The position numbers and the translations under genes were made by a program. The notes below the pieces were generated by a model. It saw nothing but the letters and a program-made list of their open reading frames with translations, searched no databases and was not told where the DNA came from. A stretch of DNA of 18,038 bases from Octopus sinensis (taxonomy: Eukaryota): NCBI RefSeq assembly GCF_006345805.1, contig NW_021824594.1, positions 1 through 18,038 of the forward strand, given 5' to 3'. This document shows, piece by piece, positions 9,705 through 18,038 of the stretch. The stretch's first letter is position 1; each line of letters begins with the position of its first letter.

Positions 9705-10075
9705 AGGTGCAGGAGTGGCTGTGTGGTAAGTAGCTTGCTAACCAACCACATGGTTCCGGGTTCAGTCCCACTGCATGGCATCTTGGGCAAGTGTCTACTG
9801 CTATAGCCCCGGGCCGACCAATGCCTTGTGAGTGGATTTGGTAGACGGAAACTGAAAGAAGCCTGTCGTATATATGTATATATATGTATATGTGTCTGTG
9901 TTTGTCCCCCTAGCATTGCTTGACAACCGATGCTGGTGTGTTTATGTCCCTGTCACTTAGCAGTTTGGCAAAAGAGACCGATAGAATAAGTACTGGGCTT
10001 ACAAAGAATAAGTCCCGACTAAAGTCGGTGCTCCAGCATGGCCGCAGTCAAATGACTGAAACAAGTAGAAGAGTA
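9705..10075 (+). mobile_element. SINE family A, full length
   Basis: Head, central domain, TA linker and 3' module. Confidence 0.9.
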
Positions 10076-10080
10076 GATTG

Positions 10081-10623
10081 GAATGTATGTATAAGTGTGT
10101 GTTTATGTATGTATGCATGTTATTCAGTTTTATTTCAAGATTTCTTGCCAATAGCGAAAGAACCAGTTTCTAATTGAGTCCCAAGGCTCATCATCATCAT
10201 CGTTTAACGTCCTAATTCTATGCTAGCATGGGTTGGACGATTTTGACTGAGGGCTGGCGAACCAGATGGCTGCACCAGGCTCCAGTCTTGATCTGGCAGA
10301 GTTTCTACAGCTGGATGCCCTTCCTAATGCCAACCACTCCAAAAGTGTAGTGGGTGCTTTTTACATACCACGAGGGTCAGTCAGGGGGTACTGGCAATGA
10401 CCTCGCTCGAATCATTTTACACATGCCACCGGCACAGGTGCCAGTAAGGCGACGCTGGTAACGATCATGTTCGAATGGTGCCTTTAACGTGCCACTGGCA
10501 CAGAAGCTAGTTAGCCGTTCTGGCAACGATCACACTCGGATGGTGCTCGTAGCACCCTAATAGCTCGGGGCACAAGGGCTACATTGGAATTTCAACATCA
10601 ATAACAAGGTATTTTTGTATGCT
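10081..10623 (-). mobile_element. 3' UTR fragment of the R4/Dong-like element, split by a family D insertion
   Basis: 10120-10189 and 10573-10623 together match 11045-11160 (ttattcag..ttatt..caa.atttcttg.cc and cattggaatttcaacatcaa...ggtatttttgtatgc). Confidence 0.65.
10190..10572 (-). mobile_element. Family D (RTE-like 3' end), short (GAT)n tail
   Basis: Homologous to 5539-5900. Imperfect TSD caaggct / caagggct at 10182 and 10573. Confidence 0.7.
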
Positions 10624-10628
10624 TACGC

Positions 10629-11023
10629 TCTTACTCTTTACTCTTTTACTTGTTTCAGTCATTTGACTGCGGCCATGCTGGAGCACCGCCTTTAATCGAG
10701 CAACTCGACACCGGGACTTATTCTTTTGTAAGCCCAGTACTTATTCTATCGGTCTCTTTTGCCGAACCGCTCAGTAACGGGGACATAAACACACCAGCAT
10801 CGGTTGTCAAGCAATGCTAGGGGGACAAACACAGACACACAAACACACACACACATATATATATATGCAACAGGCTTCTTTCAGTTTCCGTCTACCAAAT
10901 CCACTCACAAGGCTTTGGTTGGCCCAAGGCTATAGTAGAAGACACTTGCCCAAGGTGCCATGCAGTGGCACTGAACCCAGACCATGTGGTTGGTAAGCAA
11001 GCTACTTACCACACAGCCACTCC
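10629..11023 (-). mobile_element. SINE family A, full length
   Basis: Reverse complement of the family A consensus with an internal (TA)(TG) linker. Confidence 0.9.
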
Positions 11024-11025
11024 AT

Positions 11026-11450
11026 GCATGTATGTATGTATGTATATTATTATTCAGCTTTATTCCAAAATTTCTTGTCCAAAAAGAGCCACTTTCTAAC
11101 CTAAATCCAAGGCTCCTTCATTGGAATTTCAACATCAACTACAGGGTATTTTTGTATGCATGTATGTGTATGTGCAGATTTGTATGTATGTTTTATGTAT
11201 GTATTCTCATGCATATAGTTGCATGTCTTGACATGTTCATATATATTTAAATGATAAACTTCTGGGAAGTTTTACAAATTTTTTTCAGTTCTGGTGAAGG
11301 CTTGGATCTGTAGTCTTCAAATCAGCTTTCTCCTTTCTGGTTTTGAGAAGCCTTATTTCTCAAGATTGGTATTTAGGCAGTGTGTTACATATCCCAGTGC
11401 CCCAATGATTACAGGTATAATCCTCAACTTGTAATCTGGATAGAGTGACA
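11026..11450 (-). mobile_element. 5'-truncated R4/Dong-like (RLE-clade) non-LTR retrotransposon 3' end with (CATA)n tail
   Basis: ORF remnant followed by about 200 bp of 3' UTR and a (CATA)n tail. Confidence 0.7.
11247..11445 (-). pseudogene. Decayed C-terminus of an RLE-type non-LTR retrotransposon protein
   Basis: Translates as LYPDYKLRIIPVIIGALGYVTHCLNTNLEK*GFSKPERRKLI*RLQIQAFTRTEK(frameshift)ICKTSQKFII*. IIPVIIGALG followed by LQ matches the typical RLE-clade terminus (..VVPIVIGALG..LQK..GT..I). Confidence 0.7.
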
Positions 11451-11504
11451 CTGTGTGTGTGTGTAATATGTATGTCTTGCATGTCTTGACATGTTCATAT
11501 ATAC

Positions 11505-11703
11505 TTAAATGATAAACTTCTGGGAAGTTTTACAAATTTTTTTCAGTTCTGGTGAAGGCTTGGATCTGTAGTCTTCAAATCAGCTTTCTCCTTTCTGGTT
11601 TTGAGAAACCTTATTTCTCAAGATTGGTATTTAGGCAGTGTGTTACATATCCCAGTGCCCCAATGATTACAGGTATAATCCTCAACTTGTAATCTGGATA
11701 GAG
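11505..11703 (-). pseudogene. Second copy of the RLE C-terminal remnant
   Basis: Offset exactly 258 bp from the first copy. Confidence 0.7.
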
Positions 11704-11739
11704 TGACATCTGTGTGTGTGTGTAATATGTATGTGTATA

Positions 11740-12130
11740 GGCGCAATGGCCCAGTGGTTAGGGTAGCGGACTCGCGGTCGGAGGATCGTGGTTTCGATTC
11801 CCAGATCGGGCATTGTGAGTGTTTATTGAGCAAAAACACCTAAAGCTCCATGAGGCTCCGGCAGGGGATGGTGGTAAACCCTGCTGTACTCTTTCACCAC
11901 AACTTTCTCTCACTCTTACTTCCTGTTTCTGTTGTACCTGTATTTCAAAGGGCCAGCCTTGTCACACTCTGTGTCACGCTGAATCTCCTCGAGAACTACG
12001 TTAAAGGTACACGTGTCTGTGGAGTGCTCAGCCACTTGCACGTTAATATCACGAGCAAGCTGTTCCGTTGATCGTATCAGCTGGGACCCTCATCGTCGCA
12101 ACCGACGGAGTGCTCCTAAAAAAAAAAAAA
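11740..12130 (+). mobile_element. tRNA-derived SINE family F, tail type 1, poly(A)
   Basis: A box TGGCCCAGTGG, B-box-like GTTTCGATTCC, A13 tail at 12118-12130. Confidence 0.85.
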
Positions 12131-12149
12131 TATGTATGTACATATGTAT

Positions 12150-12543
12150 TGCAGACATGACTGTGTAGTAAGAAGTTTGTTTCCCAAACACATGGTTCCA
12201 GGTTCAGTCCCACTGTGTGGCACCTTAGGCAAGTTTCTACCATTATAAATCTCAGCTCAATCAAAGCCTTGAGGGAGGATTTGGTAGACGGAAACTGAAA
12301 GAAGCCCACTGTGTGTGTGTATTTTTATATCTGTGTTTGTCCCATGTCACCGCTTGATTACTGGTATGGCATGTCTAAATCCCTATAACTTAGCAGTTCA
12401 GCAAAAGAGACCAGTAAAACAAGTACCAGGTTTCAAAAGAAATAGGTACTGCGGTCAAATCATTTGACTAAAATCCTTCAAGATGGTGCTCCAGCATGAC
12501 CACTGTCTGCTGACTAAAACAAGTAAAAGATTAAAAAGAAAGA
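12150..12543 (+). mobile_element. Older diverged family A-related SINE
   Basis: Same module order with many substitutions. Confidence 0.8.
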
Positions 12544-12939
12544 TGAAACGACTCACTCTGTGAGTGAATGTGAACAGTGGATGTTGATATTTTGCTGTTA
12601 TTTCAGCTCTTCAGCACCGGATACTTGAGCCACCCTTAAAACAAATTCAAATCACTGGTCTGAGATATTTATACAGACAGCATAGAATGTGAGAGCATTG
12701 CTCAAGTGAAAGAAAATCAAATTTGATGGTGACTCAAGTGTGTGTTGCTGGTCAGCTGAAATATTCATATCTACCCTTCTGGGGGAGGATTTCTTTTGCT
12801 TGATTTGAAGTATGTGTTTTTTTTTTTTTATATTCATCATTTTGAAAGGAATTTTCTCTGGGTAAATCTCACAGCTAACAAGCACTTAAATAAACCACGT
12901 ACATCGAGTATGTGACATCAGTAATGTTTATATATATAT

Positions 12940-13324
12940 ACTAGCAATATCGCCCGGCGTTGCTCGGGTTTGTAAGGGAAATAACTATAAAGCATTTTTA
13001 GAGAGTTATAGCCAAAAAATAGCAAAAAAATGGAAAAAAAAAGTATTGTAAATTTTTTTGAGAGTTAAAAAGGTCGAGTTGCGTCCCCTAGACAGTCTGT
13101 GGTTTGTGTTTCTGATTCTCGACCCCATGTCGAATTTATCGATTTTTTCAGAACTGGGGAAACTTTTCAAAATTGTCGCTGCGTTAGTTTTGAATTATGA
13201 CATTGGGCTATGTGTGTGTCAAGTTTCATCAGAATCGGTTGAAAGCCGTGGTCAGGGTGAGGGTACAACCTAACAGACACACAGACACGCAGACAGACAA
13301 ACTGCCGTTTATATATAGAGAGAT
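12940..13324 (+). mobile_element. Non-autonomous Helentron/HINE (DINE-1/Lep1-like) element
   Basis: Starts ACTAGCAATATCGCCCGGCGTTGCTCGGG in a TA run, contains aagtttcatcagaatcggtt and an (ACAG)-like repeat, and ends tttatatatagagagat. No long TIRs and no coding sequence. Confidence 0.7.
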
Positions 13325-13328
13325 ATGT

Positions 13329-13627
13329 ATCACCGTGACTGACCAGGCTATCAGATGTTGCTACACATCGCTGGTCACAATACGCTTCACATTGTTTTAG
13401 CCTTCATATGACACCACCCCACTGGCTAAGCGAGCAGGCCAACAGAAGAAAGAGTGAGAGAAAGTTGTGGTGAAAGAGTACAGCAGGGATCGCCACCACC
13501 CCCTGCCGGAGCCTCGTGGAGCTTTAGGTGTTTTCGCTCAATAAACACTCACAATGCCCGATCTGGGAATCGAAACCGCGACCCTACGACCACGAGTCCG
13601 CTGCCCTAACCACTGGGCCATTGCGCC
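13329..13627 (-). mobile_element. tRNA-derived SINE family F, tail type 2
   Basis: 13450-13627 is the reverse complement homologue of 11740-11917. The 3' part is unrelated to the 11740 copy. Confidence 0.85.
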
Positions 13628-13668
13628 CTCACACACTCACACACACACACACACACATATATATATAA

Positions 13669-16056
13669 GCGCAGGAATGGCTGTGTGGTAAGTAGCTTGC
13701 TAACAAACCACATGGTTGCGGGTTCAGTCCCACTGCGTGGCATCTTGGGCAAGTGTCTTCTGCTATAGCCCCGGGCCGACCAATGCCTTGTGAGTGGATT
13801 TGGTAGAGGGAAACTGAAAGAAACCTGTCGTATATATGTATATATATATATATATTTGTGTGTCTGTGTTTGTCCCCCCAACATTGCTTGAGAACCGATG
13901 CTAGTGTGTTTATGTCCCCGTAACTTAGCGGTTCGGCAAAAGAGACCGATAGAATAAGTACTAGGCTTACAAAGAATAAGCCCTGGGGTCGATTTGCCTG
14001 ACTATAGGTGGTGCTCCAGCTTGGCTGCAGTCAAATGACTGAAGCAAGTAATAGAAGGCCCAGGAGTGGCTGTGTGGTAAATAGCTTGCTTACCAACCAC
14101 ATGGTTCTGGGTTCAGTCCCACTGCGTGGCACCTTGGGAAAGTGTCTTCTACTATAGCCTCGGGCTGACCAAAGCCTTGTGAGTGGATTTGGAAGACAGA
14201 AACTAAAAGAAGCCCATTGTATGTATGTGTATATATATGTATATATATATATATATGTTTGTGTATATATATGAATGTGTGTGTATGTTTTTGTCCCCTC
14301 AACATTGCTTGAGAACCAATGCTAGTGTGTTTACGTTCCCGTAACTTAGCGGTTCGGCAAGATTGACCGATTGAATAAGTGTCTTCTACTATAGCCTTGG
14401 GCTGACCAAAGCCTTGTGGGTGGATTGGTAGACGGAAACTGAAGAAGCCCATTGTATATATGTATGTATATATACATACATTATATATATATATATAGAT
14501 ATATATATATTATATATATATATAATGCATGTGTGTATATGTTTATGTGTCTGTGTTTGTCCCCCAACGTTGCTTGAGAACCGATGCTGGTGTGATTTCG
14601 TCCCCGTAACTTAGCGGTTCATCAAAAGAGACCGATAGAATAAGTACTAGGCTTACAAAGAATAAGTTCTGGGGTCGATTTGCTAAAGGTGGTGCTCCAG
14701 CATGGTTGCAGTCAAATGACTGAAGCAATTTAAAGAAGGCCCATGAGTGGCTGTGTGGTAAGTAGCTTGCTTACCAACCACATGGTTCGGGTTCATTCCC
14801 ACTGCATGTCACCTTGGGCAAGTGTCTTCTACTATAGCCTCGGGTCGACCAAAGCCTTGTGCGTGGATTTGGAAGACGGAAACTGAAAGAAGCCCGTTGT
14901 ATGTATGTATATATATATGTGTGTATATATATGTACGTCTGTTTTTGTCCCCCCAACATTGCTTGAGAACCGATGCTAGTGTGTTTATGTCCCCATAACT
15001 TAGTGGTTCGGCAAAAGAGAATGATAGAATAAGTACTAGGCTTACAAAGAATACATCCTGGGGTCGATTTGCCTGACTATAGGTGGTGCTCCAGCTTGGC
15101 TGCAGTCAAATGACTGAAGCAAGTAATAGAAGGCCCAAGAGTGGCTGTGTGGTAAATAGCTTGCTTACCAACCACATGGTTCCGGATTCCGTCCCACTGC
15201 GTGGCACCTTGGGCAAGTGTCTTCTACTATAGCCTCGGGCCGACCAAATCCTTGTGAGTGGATTTGGAAGATGGAAACTGAAAGAAGCCCATTGTATGTA
15301 TGTGTATATATATGTATATATATATATATATATGAATGTGTGTGTCTGTTTTTGTCCCCCAAACATCGCTTGACAACCGATGCTGGTGTGGTTACGTTCC
15401 TGCAACTTGACGGTTTGGCAAAAGAGACCGATAGAATAAGTACTAGCCTTCCAAAGAATAAGTCCTGGGTTCGATTTGCATGACTATAGGTGGTGCTCCA
15501 GCATGGCGCAGTCAAATGACTGAAACAAGAGAAAAATAAAAGAAATCATAGAATATATATACACACACACACACACACGTACACATTTATATACATACAA
15601 ACATGTATAAGTACATACACGTGTGTGTGTGTATGTATGGATCTATCAGTGAAGTGTCGACTACCACAGCAGTACACTCCTTTCAGTCCACTCAGATATT
15701 TCCTGTAGTTCAAGAACTTTCAATGACAGAACAGCGTTTAAACCCTTGAAGGCCTTTGACTCACTTATACTGGAATGCATTGTGTCTGGTTTAGTTTATA
15801 ATCTGTCGTTTACTTTAGTAGTTAATAAGCATTATTAAAACTATATTTAGGTACATGCGTGTTGGTGTGTATGTGTTTGTCCACCCCAACATCACTTGAC
15901 AACCGATGCTGGTGTGTTTACGTCCCCATGACTTAGCGGTTCGGCAAAATTGACCGATTGAATAAGTGTCTTCTACTATAGACTTGGGCTGACCAAAGCA
16001 TTGTGGGTGGATTTGGTAGACGGAAACTGAAAGAAGCCCATTGTATATATGTATGT

Positions 16057-16123
<67 letters not shown>

Positions 16124-16517
16124 GTATGTGTGTATATGTTTATGTGTCTGTGTTGTCCCCCCAACATTGCTTGAGAACCGATGCTGGTGTGTTTATGTCC
16201 CCGTAACTTAGCGGTTAGGCAAAAGGGACCGATAGAATAAGTACTAGCCTTACAAAGAATAAGTTCTGGGGTCGATTTGCTAAAGGTGGTGCTCCAGCAT
16301 GGCTGCAGTCAAATGACTGAAGCAAATAAAAGAGTGGCTGTGTGGTAAGTAGCTTGCTTACCAACCACATGGTCCCGGGTTCAGTCCCACTGCGTGGCAC
16401 ATTGGGCAAGTGTCTTCTACTATAGCCTCGGGCCAACCTAAACCTTGTGAGTGAATTTGGTAGATGGAAACTGAAAGAAGCCCATTGTATATATGTATGT
16501 ACGTATGTGTGTGTATA

Positions 16518-16565
<48 letters not shown>

Positions 16566-17754
16566 GTGTGTATATGTTTATGTGTCTGTGTTTGTCCCCT
16601 CAACATTGCTTGACAACCAATGCTGGTGTGTTTATGTCCCCGTAACTTAGCGGTTCGGCAAATGATACCAATTGAATAAGTACTAGGCTTACAAAGAATA
16701 AGCCCTGGGGTCGATTTGCCTGACTATAGGTGGTGCTCCAGCATGGCTGCAGTCAAATGACTGAAGCAATTTAAAGAAGGCCCATGAGTGGCTGTGTGGT
16801 AAGTAACTTGCTTACCAACCACATGGTTCTGGGTTCAGTACCACTGTGTGGCACCTTGGGCAAGTGTCTCCTACTATAGCCTCGGGCCGACCAAAGCCTT
16901 GTGGGTGGATTTGGAAGACGGAAACTGAAAGAAGCCCGTTGTATGTATGTGTATATATATGTATATATATATATTTATATGTATGTGTGTGTCTGTTTTT
17001 GTCCTCTCAACATTGTTTGACAACCGATGCTGGTGTGTTTACGTTCCCGTAACTTAACGGTTCAGCAAATGCTGGTGTGTTTACGTCCTCGTAACCTAGT
17101 GGTTCGGCAAAAGAGACTGATGGAATAAGTACCATCCTTCCAAAGAATAAGTCCTGGGTTCGATTTGCCTGGCTATAGGTGGTGCTCCAGCATGGCCGCA
17201 GTCAAATGACTGAAACAAGTAAGAGAAAAATAAAAGAAATCATAGAATATATATACACACACACACATACACGTACACATTTATATACATACAAACATGT
17301 ATAAGTACATACACGTGTGTGTGTGTGTGTATGGATCTATCAGTGAAGTGTCGACTACCACAGCAGTACACTCCTTTCAGTCCACTCAGATATTTCCTGT
17401 AGTTCAAGAACTTTCAATGACAGAACAGCGTTTAAACCCTTGAAGGCCCCTGACTCACTTATACTGGAATGCATTGTGTCTGGTTTAGTTTATAATCTGT
17501 CGTTTACTTTAGTAGTTAATAAGCATTATTAAAACTATATTTAGGTACATGCGTGTTGGTGTGTATGTGTTTGTCCACCTCAACATCACTTGACAACCGA
17601 TGCTGGTGTGTTTACGTCCCCATGACTTAGCGGTTCGGCAAAATTGACCGATTGAATAAGTGTCTTCTACTATAGACTTGGGCTGACCAAAGCATTGTGG
17701 GTGGATTTGGTAGACGGAAACTGAAAGAAGCCCATTGTATATATGTATGTATAT

Positions 17755-17790
<36 letters not shown>
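13669..17790 (+). repeat. Head-to-tail tandem array of family A SINEs with a 1.6-1.7-kb higher-order repeat
   Basis: Heads at 13669, 14056, 14737, 15131, 16332 and 16778. Fusion junctions at 14377, 15964 and 17658. A non-SINE block at 15541 is repeated at 17235 (offset 1694). Confidence 0.9.
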
Positions 17791-17982
17791 AATCAATATA
17801 GGGAGGCAAAAAAAATTTTGTAGAATTCTTTTGCCCCCAGCGGCCTAGTGGGAAAAAATTAAATAGTCATAAACCATTTTTAAGTTCAATATCACAATCA
17901 AGGAACGGCCATAATAGGCCATTCACCCACTAGAAATAACAGCCAAAAAGCTTCAACCGCAAAATAACATTAATTCCGTAAA

Positions 17983-18038
17983 TCAGGAGAAAATTAAAAA
18001 ACATTTACCATTTACAAATGTTTTTAATTTTCTCCTGA
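17983..18038. repeat. Inverted repeat (about 23-bp stem, 9-nt loop) at the window edge
   Basis: tcaggagaaaattaaaaaacattt / aaatgtttttaattttctcctga. Confidence 0.8.

Larger units (their letters stand above)
11219..11735. repeat. Near-identical 258-bp tandem duplication of the retrotransposon remnant
   Basis: 11219-11476 vs 11477-11735; both copies share the same stops. Confidence 0.95.

Noticed and set aside
11740-11815. Possible tRNA genes (also at 230 and at family A heads)
   Set aside because: A/B boxes are present, but no clean cloverleaf or T-run terminator was seen and each continues into a SINE body.
12545-12640. Possible minus-strand exon and a CTGAAGAGCTGAAA hammerhead-like string
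   Set aside because: All three frames contain stops, and there is no room for stem II and no matching stems I/III.
15745-15775. KAFDSL resembling the non-LTR RT motif KAFDSV
   Set aside because: No surrounding RT similarity, and the second copy reads KAPDSL; probably chance.
13606-17052. Recurring short ORFs (..CHAVGLNPEPCGW, ..ASFSFRLPNPLTR..) resembling a gene family
   Set aside because: Antisense translations of SINE family A, with frames that differ between copies.

Overview
AT-rich eukaryotic non-coding DNA made almost entirely of retroposons, rolling-circle-type elements and microsatellites. The repeat families point to a coleoid cephalopod, probably an octopus; this is inferred from recalled repeat families, not from a database search. 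No intact protein-coding gene is supported, and the listed ORFs are microsatellite or SINE read-throughs. The only recognisable coding remnant is a decayed, duplicated C-terminus of an R4/Dong-like (restriction-like endonuclease) non-LTR retrotransposon at about 11.2-11.7 kb. The most interesting signal is at 698-1297: two tandem fold-back units whose four arms each carry a minimal type I hammerhead ribozyme motif (stem I - CUGAAGA - stem II - GAAA - near-palindromic stem III - GUU - stem I'), as in Penelope-like element pseudo-LTRs. Each copy has a lesion, but their consensus is intact. Other notable structures are head-to-tail Helentron/HINE-like junctions (1.4-2.0 kb), a SINE trimer nested in the 66-bp repeats of an RTE-like 3' end with a 7-bp TSD, a 1.2-kb (CAT)n tail containing an exact 150-bp duplication, two SINEs sharing a head but with different tails, and a 4-kb SINE-built array with a 1.6-1.7-kb higher-order period (13.7-17.8 kb). 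I see no evidence of a wholly new gene system.
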